DNA from: a virus
Strand: one strand, 5' to 3'
Virus record (IMG/VR): IMGVR_UViG_3300045988_102022
Length of the DNA stretch: 63,947 bases
Positions 9,307-17,251 of the stretch are shown one piece after another; position 1 is the stretch's first letter, and each line of letters starts with the position of its first letter. The position numbers were made by a program, and so were the translations under genes. The notes beneath the pieces were generated by a model, which was not told the origin of the DNA, did not search any database, and was given only the letters and a program-made list of their open reading frames with translations.

Positions 9307-11085
9307 CTAGCTCGTTAAGCCGCCCCAGCTGCGGGAGTTCATGAGCTTGTTAAATGCATCACTTGAAGCATCCACCATATCATCATGCTTGCTTTCCGGG
9401 AACGATTCAAGTTCTGACAGATACATATCATTCCATTCACTTTTAAGGATAAGGACGTTTCCTGCCTGTACCTGTGAAGCAAATGGAGTAGCACGAACCT
9501 CTTTGCTGCCTGTCGGCGATACAATCTCCACCGAGTAACCTGCAAGCATTGATACAAGACTTTGAGCTTGCGCCTTGCCTGCCTGTCCTGGGTCTTGCGG
9601 TATGGTGATTTGTACAAATTTATATTTGCCCTGGTCTATTGCTGCCATGTTGCGCAGAAGATTCCTAGCGTCATTAGCCTTTATCTGCTTGCGCTTTACA
9701 TCAAGGACGATTACTCTGCCATCGTCAAGCAGTCCCATTAACACGCCTGCTGTTGCGTCAGGATCAGGGTTGAGCGGCGTAGGCTCTGTTGCTGCCAAGT
9801 CCCAGGAACGTGCATAAGCAACGATATTTTTCGGTACAGCATCAACAAAGGTGAAGTTTTCTGTTTTGAAGTACATGCCAGCAGCAGGACGGATTTTCCA
9901 GTTGCCATATAAAAGACGTTCTTTGTCAATCTCTGCCAAAGCTTTAAGGTTAGCCATATACGAAGGGTCTTTAGCCATTAAAACCTTATTGTCTGTCAGT
10001 TTAGCCGCGATAAACGTAACCGACTTACATTCTTCAACATTTACTCCGTGTTCCTTTGCGAGTTCATGCGGATTACTTCCCCAATAAATCGTATCATTCA
10101 GGACGCACATATAACGCACAACACCGCTGCGCTCATAAATAGGATAGCCTGTATCTTGATTTATCCACCAGGAAATAAAATCAGCTACCCAACTATCGCT
10201 GTCCGGGTTGCACGTCGCTCTTACATAAGGGCGAATACCGCACGTTGAACGGTTACGAGAAAGCATATACAAAAATTGGTGTCGGCTAAAATGCGTCAGC
10301 TCGTCAAATGCTAGATAGCAGATTTCTGAGCCTTGCCAGCCTTGTAAATCTTCGTCACGCTCCAAATGCGCAAAATGAATTCTTGCTCCGCTGGGACTAA
10401 AAAGCCAATGTAGTTTTGGAGTTTTCTTGGGTTTTGCGCCTTGCACTTGTCCATATATTTTGTTAGCAGCCTCCCACAAACCGCCGGAAACTGTGATTTG
10501 AGTATAATTTTTTCGAAACACAACGCCGCTAAATCCTGCTATATCTTTATGCCTTAATCCTTCCAGAAGAAGTGCAAAGGTTTTTCCACCGCCAGCTGCT
10601 CCACCATAAATTACTATGTCAGCAGAAGAACACATAAAAGCTGTTTGCGGTCCTGGTTGCGGAGTTAGATACAGAGGCTCAAATGTATCTCTGCCGTTAT
10701 TTGGAATGTAGATAGATTGGTAAGCGTCTATTGTTTCAACGCTTGCATCTTCCGCCAGCGACAATATACCTCCGTCAGCTCCTGCCAATGTAGCAAGAGT
10801 GCGAATTGCATTAACATCGCTTTCTTTTAAAGCTTTGTTAAGCAACTTTGCTATCATTAAGGCTTGATAGTTTTGGTCTTGCTCGTCTAAGCCGAAAGCG
10901 TGTAAAAAGCTTTTTGCTTTATCGTCGTGTACTTGTGATTCAAGTATCGTTTTTGCTATCTGCTGTAAGTTCTTTTTCGCCCGTCTTATTTCCCCGGATT
11001 TTTTGCCGCCAACAGTTCCTCTTTTCCTTGCTTCATCCTTGCTTCGGACAGGCCTTAAATTGCTAACATTTCCTCGTGCTGGCAC
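9307..11085 (-). CDS. terL: Terminase large subunit with an N-terminal small-terminase-like extension
   Basis: Walker A IYGGAAGGGKTF; LAFDELTHF; C-terminal nuclease-like half. The first ~135 aa are basic and helical (GGKKSGEIRRAKK...ALKESDVNAIRTLATLAG). Confidence 0.8.
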   Translation of the reverse strand: MPARGNVSNLRPVRSKDEARKRGTVGGKKSGEIRRAKKNLQQIAKTILESQVHDDKAKSFLHAFGLDEQDQNYQALMIAKLLNKALKESDVNAIRTLATLAGADGGILSLAEDASVETIDAYQSIYIPNNGRDTFEPLYLTPQPGPQTAFMCSSADIVIYGGAAGGGKTFALLLEGLRHKDIAGFSGVVFRKNYTQITVSGGLWEAANKIYGQVQGAKPKKTPKLHWLFSPSGARIHFAHLERDEDLQGWQGSEICYLAFDELTHFSRHQFLYMLSRNRSTCGIRPYVRATCNPDSDSWVADFISWWINQDTGYPIYERSGVVRYMCVLNDTIYWGSNPHELAKEHGVNVEECKSVTFIAAKLTDNKVLMAKDPSYMANLKALAEIDKERLLYGNWKIRPAAGMYFKTENFTFVDAVPKNIVAYARSWDLAATEPTPLNPDPDATAGVLMGLLDDGRVIVLDVKRKQIKANDARNLLRNMAAIDQGKYKFVQITIPQDPGQAGKAQAQSLVSMLAGYSVEIVSPTGSKEVRATPFASQVQAGNVLILKSEWNDMYLSELESFPESKHDDMVDASSDAFNKLMNSRSWGGLTS

Positions 11086-11113
11086 ATTAAAACACCTGTC
11101 CTTTCTTTAGATT

Positions 11114-11680
11114 TTATTTGTTGTCTACAAGGTAAAATTCTTTTCGCAGTTCGGCGTTTACCAAGAATTGTCCGCCACATGAAGCAGTCTTTGTTTTTAC
11201 TCCTGGCTTTTTAATTCCTCTAGCAGTCATACAAGAGTGTTCGCCCTGAATAACTACAATAACGTCCTCTGTCTCTAAAATTTTTGTAAGAATGTCGCGA
11301 ATTTCCTTGCCGATACGCTCTTGGATTTGTAAACGTTTTGTTACTGCGTCAGCAATACGTGCAATTTTGCTAATGCCGATAACTTTACCGTTAGGGATAT
11401 AGCCTACATCAACAGTCATGTTATACATGAGTGCGATATGATGCTCACAATAAGAAAAGCAGTTAATGCCTTTTAACACCACCATATCATCGTTATCACA
11501 GGAAAAGCACTTGTTGAATTTCTTTGCGATTTCATCGTTGCTGACACTTGCGTACTCTAATTGCTCCATTAGCATTTTTGCGAACCGTTTAGGAGTTTCA
11601 AGAAGTCCCTCTCGGTTCGGGTTTTCGCCGATGCCCTCAATAATAAGCCTTGCGGCTTGTTCTAGCTTTTTAGCGTCCAT
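11114..11680 (-). CDS. folE: GTP cyclohydrolase I
   Basis: CEHHIALM and QGEHSCMTARG motifs; LLETPKRFAKM; 188 aa. Confidence 0.85.
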   Translation of the reverse strand: MDAKKLEQAARLIIEGIGENPNREGLLETPKRFAKMLMEQLEYASVSNDEIAKKFNKCFSCDNDDMVVLKGINCFSYCEHHIALMYNMTVDVGYIPNGKVIGISKIARIADAVTKRLQIQERIGKEIRDILTKILETEDVIVVIQGEHSCMTARGIKKPGVKTKTASCGGQFLVNAELRKEFYLVDNK

Positions 11681-11681
11681 G

Positions 11682-12335
11682 TTACACGCCCCTTTTATCT
11701 TTATCCCAAATAATTTTATGAAGCTGCACTTGTACGCAGATGTTATGCGGCGATTTTTTTGCGTACTCTACAAGCTCCGCAGGTTCGATTGCGCCCCACA
11801 CTGGCGAGATGTAAATTTTTGCCTGGCATTTGATTTTTTTGCAATGGTCAAGCACCCGGTCTACGTCGTTAAAATCTTCTTTGCTGCCAACTACAAATTT
11901 TATAACGTCCTTTGCGTTAAGGTGCTTGTAATTATCCATTAGCATTTTATTAGATTCACCAGACGTGCCGCACTTGTAATCAATGGTATAAAAAATACCG
12001 CTTAACCTTTTTTTGTAAAGCGGTACAGCACCATTTGTTTCAATATTCACCTCATATTTGGCTTTGTGCAGCAGTTCAAGAAGTGGTTGCAAGTCGTGCA
12101 GGAGTGGTTCACCGCCGGTAATAGTTACACGCTTGCAGTTATACTCGCTTATCTCATCCATAAGCTCCTGCTCATTAAAACTGCTGGCAGCATCTGCGAA
12201 TCGTTGAGCATAGATTGTATCGCAATAACTACAACGTAGGTTGCAGCCAGCCAAACGAACAAATACAGAAGGATAGCCGGTTCGCTTTCCTTCTCCTTCG
12301 ATACTTTTAAATATTTCCACTACATTATATTTCAT
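11682..12335 (-). CDS. queE: 7-carboxy-7-deazaguanine synthase (radical SAM)
   Basis: Start set at the ATG at 12335 (MKYNVVEIFKSIEGEG); CNLRCSYCDT cluster; TGGEPLL. Confidence 0.8.
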   Translation of the reverse strand: MKYNVVEIFKSIEGEGKRTGYPSVFVRLAGCNLRCSYCDTIYAQRFADAASSFNEQELMDEISEYNCKRVTITGGEPLLHDLQPLLELLHKAKYEVNIETNGAVPLYKKRLSGIFYTIDYKCGTSGESNKMLMDNYKHLNAKDVIKFVVGSKEDFNDVDRVLDHCKKIKCQAKIYISPVWGAIEPAELVEYAKKSPHNICVQVQLHKIIWDKDKRGV

Positions 12336-12654
12336 ACACGGCAACATTCCCTTCGCTTTCCTGCACTGACACCTTAACGCAGTGCGGGACTTTTTCGCAA
12401 ATCCAACGAGCAATGTTTTCTGCTGTCGGATTGCATTGTAAAACGTCGTTTAAATATTGATGGTCAAGCATATCAGAAACAAGGTTTTTAATATGCTTGA
12501 AATCTACTACCATGCCGTTAGCGTCTAAGGTTTCGCTTTGGCAAGTTACGCAGATAATCCAATTATGGCCATGTAAATTTTTGCACTTACTTTCATAATT
12601 TAAAGAAAGTTGGTGTGCTGCCGAAATTTCTAATCGTTTTGTTACTGTATACAT
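12325..12654 (-). CDS. queD: 6-carboxy-5,6,7,8-tetrahydropterin synthase
   Basis: 109 aa; AAHQL...LHGHNW...DANGMVVDF motifs. Confidence 0.8.
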   Translation of the reverse strand: MYTVTKRLEISAAHQLSLNYESKCKNLHGHNWIICVTCQSETLDANGMVVDFKHIKNLVSDMLDHQYLNDVLQCNPTAENIARWICEKVPHCVKVSVQESEGNVAVYEI

Positions 12655-12655
12655 A

Positions 12656-13345
12656 TTAATCCTCCAACGCAGGGTCTTTCACGCCGTTAGCTTCAAATGC
12701 CATCGCACGGTCAATACACGTTCCGCAAGTTCCGCAAGGCTTTTCTCCGCCCTCGTAGCAGCTCCATGTAAACTGATATGGTGCGTTAAGCTCTAATCCA
12801 AGCTTAACAACGCCTGCTTTATTTAGATTGATAAGCGGTGCTTCAAGATGTGTGGTTCGTCCGCTACCCTCAAAAATCGCTTTATTCATATAATCAACGA
12901 ATTCAGGTGTACAATCAGGATATGCTCGCCCCGCTGCATCGTCAGCATGAGCACCATAATAAATAGCTTCTGCTTCTACGCTTACAGCAACAGCGGCCGC
13001 ATAAGAAAGTAACAGACCGTTTCTGAACGGCACATAGGTATCAACAGTACCTTCACCGCCAAGCTCTTTAAGTTGTTCTGCATAGGATTCATGTTTAATA
13101 TCATGCTTGCTTTTAGCCAGCAATGGGCAATCGCTCATAGAGAACGCCAGCGACAAATCAGTTTCTTTATGGTCTACGCCATAAAAAGCAGCGACTTTTC
13201 TTGCGCTTTCAATTTCTCTTTTATGTCTTTGTCCATAAAAAGCAGATAAGGCTAAAACTTTTTCTGTACCATATTTTTTGACTGCAATAGCTAAACAAGT
13301 AGTGCTATCTACACCGCCGCTTAATAAAACAACTGCTTTTTTCAT
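12656..13345 (-). CDS. queC: 7-cyano-7-deazaguanine (preQ0) synthase
   Basis: PP-loop VVLLSGGVDST; C-terminal CGTCGTCIDR zinc motif; 229 aa with no extra amidotransferase domain. Confidence 0.85.
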   Translation of the reverse strand: MKKAVVLLSGGVDSTTCLAIAVKKYGTEKVLALSAFYGQRHKREIESARKVAAFYGVDHKETDLSLAFSMSDCPLLAKSKHDIKHESYAEQLKELGGEGTVDTYVPFRNGLLLSYAAAVAVSVEAEAIYYGAHADDAAGRAYPDCTPEFVDYMNKAIFEGSGRTTHLEAPLINLNKAGVVKLGLELNAPYQFTWSCYEGGEKPCGTCGTCIDRAMAFEANGVKDPALED

Positions 13346-13361
13346 TTGTTATTACCTCTTT

Positions 13362-14201
13362 TCAAAAATGAGTCTTTGCATACTCTTGAAATTTTACCCA
13401 TTCTACAAAATTATTAATAGCTACTTCTTTATTTTTTACTCGCATACCAGTAGGCTTATTATATTTAACCATCGTTTTTCCATCGAACTTATATACTGCC
13501 CCGAATCTATTTCCAGATACCCACGCAGTAGAATCTACACTGTCAAAATGAAAGCGCGGCAAATATTTTAATTGAGTAAATCCCAAACCGTGAATTTTAG
13601 CTCCATGCGAGTGTGCTTCTTTGATAAGCAAAGGAAATTTTTCAACTTCACCTTTTGTAAATTCGCCGCTAACATAACCGCCTATTGCAACATACTTATA
13701 CCGCTTGCACATTTCAATAAAATCTTTCATGCCACGGCTTTTATGCCATACAGGAATCGGTGACCTTCCAACTTTTTCAGCAATGTATTTTCTGATTTTC
13801 AAAACTTCTTCGTAGCCTGCAATAGGGTCAATGTCAAGCTCAAAAAATTTCTGCACATTGTATTTTTGGATATACGCAATATAAGAATCTACATAAGTTT
13901 TTAAATCAACTTTTTTCGCATTGCCCATCAACATGCTGAATGCTCCAGAATCGAGCATATAATCACTATACAGCGGCAAGTATTCTACTGATTTCGGCGT
14001 TGTCATAAGGAAAGATTCAAGGATATACGGTCGAAGAACTTTTGATTGTTCGGAAAGTTCTTCAACCCTGCTTTCTATTCCCGCAAGATGAATTTTCATG
14101 TTAAGGATGCTCTCCTTTGCTTTTATGTTCTCTTGATCTGGCCAAAATGCTCTTTGGAACCAGTTCCATCCTCCCCCGGCTGCTGCCAGAAAGATTTTCA
14201 T
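13362..14201 (-). CDS. dpdA: DpdA-like DNA (guanine) transglycosylase, TGT superfamily
   Basis: TGT-like motifs MLDSGAFS, YVAIGGYVSG, KIHGLGF, HFDSVDSTAW. Adjacent to queCDE-folE. An alternative start is the ATG at 14099 (MKIHLAG..). Confidence 0.65.
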   Translation of the reverse strand: MKIFLAAAGGGWNWFQRAFWPDQENIKAKESILNMKIHLAGIESRVEELSEQSKVLRPYILESFLMTTPKSVEYLPLYSDYMLDSGAFSMLMGNAKKVDLKTYVDSYIAYIQKYNVQKFFELDIDPIAGYEEVLKIRKYIAEKVGRSPIPVWHKSRGMKDFIEMCKRYKYVAIGGYVSGEFTKGEVEKFPLLIKEAHSHGAKIHGLGFTQLKYLPRFHFDSVDSTAWVSGNRFGAVYKFDGKTMVKYNKPTGMRVKNKEVAINNFVEWVKFQEYAKTHF

Positions 14202-14341
14202 TACGTTTTACCCCTCCCATTTCTTTTAACGTAGGAGCAACATTTTATTCCATTGTCCACCGCCTATTGCAAGATATAAATTCATTATTGCCCCCCCAAA
14301 TAGCAACTCACGGTAGCTCATACCGCCAGCTAAATACAGTT

Positions 14342-14830
14342 TCATATTTCAAATTCTTCGCCGCAATGTGGGCAAGTAACAGTTTTAGGCTTATGCTCGT
14401 TACTATTAGATGTAGGAGCATTTTCGAAAAAATCCCCTATTTCGCCGCCTAAATCATGTGATTCAAAACCAAACTCACCCATATCTAAACTTTCGATTTG
14501 TTCCAGCTCTAACGCCAACTTTTCAAAATCCCAGCCAGCAAGTTCCCCGGTTTTATTATCTGCCAGGCGATAAGCTCTTGCTTGCTCATCGGATAAGTTT
14601 CCGGCAACAATTACCGGTGCTTCAGCCAAACCTAACTCCTGTGCTGCAAGATAGCGTGTATGACCTACAATGATAACATTATCTTTGTCTACTACGATAG
14701 GTTGATTGAAGCCAAACTCTTTGATAGAGTTAGCAACCTTTTCAACAGCTTCTTCGTTGTTTCTTGGGTTGTTTTCATACGGCGTAATGTCTGATAACGC
14801 CATTAATGTAATTTTGTTTCTTAAATCCAT
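14342..14830 (-). CDS. ParB/Srx-like N-terminal domain protein with a C-terminal zinc ribbon
   Basis: ITPYENNPRNN...VDKDNVIIVGHTRYLAA; ends CPHCGEEFEI; SD TGGAGGT upstream. Confidence 0.6.
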   Translation of the reverse strand: MDLRNKITLMALSDITPYENNPRNNEEAVEKVANSIKEFGFNQPIVVDKDNVIIVGHTRYLAAQELGLAEAPVIVAGNLSDEQARAYRLADNKTGELAGWDFEKLALELEQIESLDMGEFGFESHDLGGEIGDFFENAPTSNSNEHKPKTVTCPHCGEEFEI

Positions 14831-14852
14831 GATGTACCTCCATTTTTTACAA

Positions 14853-14883
14853 TAAAAAAGGACAGTGCTTTTTTACACTGTCC
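14853..14883 (-). terminator. Intrinsic terminator immediately upstream of the late (modification/packaging/structural) gene string
   Basis: Minus strand GGACAGTG-TAAAAAAG-CACTGTCC followed by TTTTTT. Only 22 nt remain before the ParB-like ATG. Confidence 0.65.
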
Positions 14884-14890
14884 AATAAAA

Positions 14891-15076
14891 CTATAATAAT
14901 TTTAGCAACTCTTCCGCTCGCTGACGGTCAGTTTTGACGATTTTTGCGAATTGCTTTATAAGCTCCCATTCATCATCGAACGCTCTAATATTGCGTCCCT
15001 TGCGTTCGCCAGCAGCAGTCTTTCCTTTCGGTCTGCCTGCTCCCTCACGAACACCGCCCCATTTTTTACTTTCCAT
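14891..15076 (-). CDS. Small basic protein (GAGRPKG motif), putative DNA-binding
   Basis: 61 aa; WGGVREGAGRPKGK..; SD AGGAG lies in the upstream ORF's end. Confidence 0.45.
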   Translation of the reverse strand: MESKKWGGVREGAGRPKGKTAAGERKGRNIRAFDDEWELIKQFAKIVKTDRQRAEELLKLL

Positions 15077-15077
15077 G

Positions 15078-15227
15078 TTAACTCCTACTTATCCACCAAT
15101 ACAACATTACAATTCCACTAGCTAAGCCATGCGCCCACAATACCCATTCATGCAGGCTCATTTGAGGAAAATTTCTTACTGCTTCGACTACAATGCCAAT
15201 AGTGAACAACCAAATTAGTATTTTCAT
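15078..15227 (-). CDS. Small membrane protein (49 aa; below the ORF-track cutoff)
   Basis: Hand translation MKILIWLFTIGIVVEAVRNFPQMSLHEWVLWAHGLASGIVMLYWWISRS; the stop abuts the next ATG. Confidence 0.35.
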   Translation of the reverse strand: MKILIWLFTIGIVVEAVRNFPQMSLHEWVLWAHGLASGIVMLYWWISRS

Positions 15228-15290
15228 TTTTGTTAAAACGTGGTAGAATATAGGCAGGAGGACGATTGCTCGTCCTACCTGCCGCCCTCT

Positions 15291-15437
15291 TTATTTACGC
15301 TTTCTGGACTTGCGATTTACAGGGGGCTTCTTTTTTTGCTGCTTTTTCTTTAACTTCTCCTGTATTTGGAGAGCCGTTAATACGGAACTTAATATAAGTG
15401 AAACCGTTTCGGCAGCATCTTTTAAATTCTGATCCAC
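15291..15437 (-). CDS. Small lysine-rich protein (48 aa, GTG start)
   Basis: GAAAGGAGG is followed 8 nt later by the GTG; VDQNLKDAAETV...KKKQQKKKPPVNRKSRKRK; directly downstream of a promoter. Confidence 0.35.
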   Translation of the reverse strand: MDQNLKDAAETVSLILSSVLTALQIQEKLKKKQQKKKPPVNRKSRKRK

Positions 15438-15463
15438 GTTTTGTACCTCCTTTCTATACTTAT

Positions 15464-15492
15464 ATTATACTACGTTTTTGTTTATTTGTAAA
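15464..15492 (-). promoter_or_regulatory. Sigma-A/70-type promoter (TTTACA-17-TATAAT)
   Basis: Minus strand: -35 TTTACA at 15487..15492, exactly 17-nt spacer, -10 TATAAT at 15464..15469. Confidence 0.65.
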
Positions 15493-15512
15493 GTGTTTTT
15501 TCAAAAATAATT

Positions 15513-15540
15513 ATAAAAAGACGGTACTTTTTGTACCGCC
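15513..15540 (-). terminator. Intrinsic terminator after 15547..15981
   Basis: Minus strand GGCGGTAC-AAAAA-GTACCGTC followed by TTTTTAT. Confidence 0.55.
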
Positions 15541-15546
15541 TTGCTT

Positions 15547-15981
15547 TTATTTTACTCTAAACTGCAACGCAGGAACTTTTTCGCTATCTCCATAAGCATC
15601 GGTATATCTGCTGTTGATTTCAACAAATCCTTCAAGAACGTAACCTTCTTGCTGGAACAGCCAAGCAGTTCTAATTGCTTCGGTATACGTTGCTGAAAAT
15701 GTAAATCTTTCAATTCCGTTTGCTTTCATGCAAGCCACTATTTCAGGTACTTGTTCATCCCAGATAACCTCGGAAAGGTTAAGATTGAGATTGCCATGCT
15801 CCCTGGAGCTTTGATATTCACGCCAAATATGAATAGCACTTTTGCCAAAGTTATTTATTTTGGCAATGGCTTCATAATGAAGCTTTCTGGCTTTTTCTTT
15901 TTCTTCGTCATTTTTTGCTGCATCAAACGCAGCGATTGCTTGGAGTTCCTTTTGATAAGCTTCTTCAAAAATATTTTTCAT
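15547..15981 (-). CDS. Hypothetical early protein
   Basis: 144 aa; preceded by the conserved promoter-leader-SD cassette. Confidence 0.55.
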   Translation of the reverse strand: MKNIFEEAYQKELQAIAAFDAAKNDEEKEKARKLHYEAIAKINNFGKSAIHIWREYQSSREHGNLNLNLSEVIWDEQVPEIVACMKANGIERFTFSATYTEAIRTAWLFQQEGYVLEGFVEINSRYTDAYGDSEKVPALQFRVK

Positions 15982-16038
15982 TTTAACCGACTTCCTTTAC
16001 TCTTTATTTAGCAGGTACTTTATCTTCCCTACACTTAT

Positions 16039-16067
16039 ATTATACTACATTATACTATTTTTGTAAA
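16039..16067 (-). promoter_or_regulatory. Sigma-A/70-type promoter (TTTACA-17-TATAAT)
   Basis: -35 at 16062..16067, -10 at 16039..16044, 17-nt spacer; part of a conserved ~90-nt cassette. Confidence 0.7.
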
Positions 16068-16106
16068 GAGTTTTCTTTATAGAACATCGGTTGTGTTTTA
16101 TATATT

Positions 16107-16140
16107 TAAAAAGCCGTCTACATTTGTAGGCGGCTTTTTG
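16107..16140 (-). terminator. Intrinsic (bidirectional-looking) terminator
   Basis: AAAAAGCCGTCTAC-ATTT-GTAGGCGGCTTTTT; A-run and T-run on either side. Confidence 0.65.
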
Positions 16141-16248
16141 AGTACACAACATATTTTGAGGAGAAGGGTTGATCATCCAACTGTTGCATCTTAATTATAT
16201 CATTCCTTTAATTGCCTTGTAAATGACACCTTACTGACATGATTTTAA

Positions 16249-16644
16249 TTAGCAAATCATGTAACCGAAAACAACGGCCGGTTTAAGCTTGCGTTCAGGC
16301 ACTCTTACGCAAGCATTACCTTTGCTATCTGTGCACACATCGTCGCTAACAAATCCCTTGCACTTAAACTTAAATTCGCCGTTCTCGGTGCTGACGAAAA
16401 TGTCATTATCTTCGCCAATGTTAGCAATAACTCCGTAAACACGCTTTGCATCAGCGCTTTTGTGCTGGCTGAAACCGTCTGAGTTGTGCCACAGCGGAAT
16501 AAGCACGGTTTCGTCGGTTCTAAGCCACTCGGTATAGCGAGGACGGTAGCCAATAAAAGATTTTTTTCCGGTCGCTTCCAAAAGATAGCATTTTGTAAAC
16601 CACAGCCACATATTACCAACAGTGCCGTCTTCGTAGCATTCCAC
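16249..16644 (-). CDS. Hypothetical protein. It is in frame with 16705..17157 across a single TGA, so it may be the readthrough/C-terminal part of that gene
   Basis: The only candidate start is a GTG with an SD-like AAAGG just 1 nt upstream. The frame is open for 19 more codons back to the TGA at 16705. Confidence 0.45.
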   Translation of the reverse strand: MECYEDGTVGNMWLWFTKCYLLEATGKKSFIGYRPRYTEWLRTDETVLIPLWHNSDGFSQHKSADAKRVYGVIANIGEDNDIFVSTENGEFKFKCKGFVSDDVCTDSKGNACVRVPERKLKPAVVFGYMIC

Positions 16645-16650
16645 GCCTTT

Positions 16651-16683
16651 CCATGCGTTACGGTCTTCATCGTAACAGCATGG
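16651..16683 (-). promoter_or_regulatory. Strong stem-loop 21 nt downstream of the in-frame TGA
   Basis: Minus strand CCATGC-T-GTTACG-ATGAAGAC-CGTAAC-GCATGG (12 bp, one bulge). Confidence 0.5.
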
Positions 16684-16704
16684 GAAGAATGCGTACCTAG
16701 TGGA

Positions 16705-17157
16705 TCAGCTTCTCGCCCTCTTTCCGTAGCAGTACAAATTCCACGCTTGGTCATCTTGTTTCCACAAGTCTACCAATGCTTGACGCTCAGCACGAATTTC
16801 TGCGTCAATTTTACGCTCATATTCGATTGGGTCAACACCTTCAGGAATGTACTGTAACGCTTCACTGAAAGAAAACTCCTTAATATTGCCAACACCTTCA
16901 CGATTGATGTCGGCAGCTTGCTGAGCGCATTCACCGCACAGAAAGTTGTGCGAGTTTACACCGAAGTAATGCTTGCCGCAATGCTGACAAACCTTTTCAG
17001 TGCCTGATGCTTCTGCAATTAAGGAGCGAATTTTCGCAAACAGCTCTCTGTGAGCCGTTTTTTTATTGAAGCGGAAAACTCTTTGCTCGCCGCCGATTCT
17101 GATTGCAAAAGCTTGACGATGTGCACGCCAGGTAAATTCAACTTGTCCTATCTTCAT
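16705..17157 (-). CDS. Hypothetical zinc-ribbon protein
   Basis: 150 aa; CQHCGK...CGEC; preceded by the promoter-leader-SD cassette. Confidence 0.55.
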   Translation of the reverse strand: MKIGQVEFTWRAHRQAFAIRIGGEQRVFRFNKKTAHRELFAKIRSLIAEASGTEKVCQHCGKHYFGVNSHNFLCGECAQQAADINREGVGNIKEFSFSEALQYIPEGVDPIEYERKIDAEIRAERQALVDLWKQDDQAWNLYCYGKRARS

Positions 17158-17203
17158 AACCGACTTCCTTTCTTGTAAGTTCTTATATCTTCCTTACAAT
17201 TAT

Positions 17204-17232
17204 ATTATACTACATTTTTCCGCTTTTGTAAA
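17204..17232 (-). promoter_or_regulatory. Sigma-A/70-type promoter (TTTACA-17-TATAAT)
   Basis: -35 at 17227..17232, -10 at 17204..17209, 17-nt spacer. Confidence 0.7.
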
Positions 17233-17251
17233 GAGTTTTCTTTATAATGTA

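Noticed and set aside
16705-16707. Genome-wide TGA reassignment (genetic code 4 or 25) as the explanation for the in-frame TGA
   Set aside because: TGA closes several well-supported genes (for example at 47720, 46440 and 32437). All long genes are intact under the standard code.
16305-16754. 149-aa alternative-frame ORF overlapping 16249..16644 and the end of 16705..17157
   Set aside because: It has no SD and a composition unlike its neighbours. It bridges two better-supported ORFs that share another frame.
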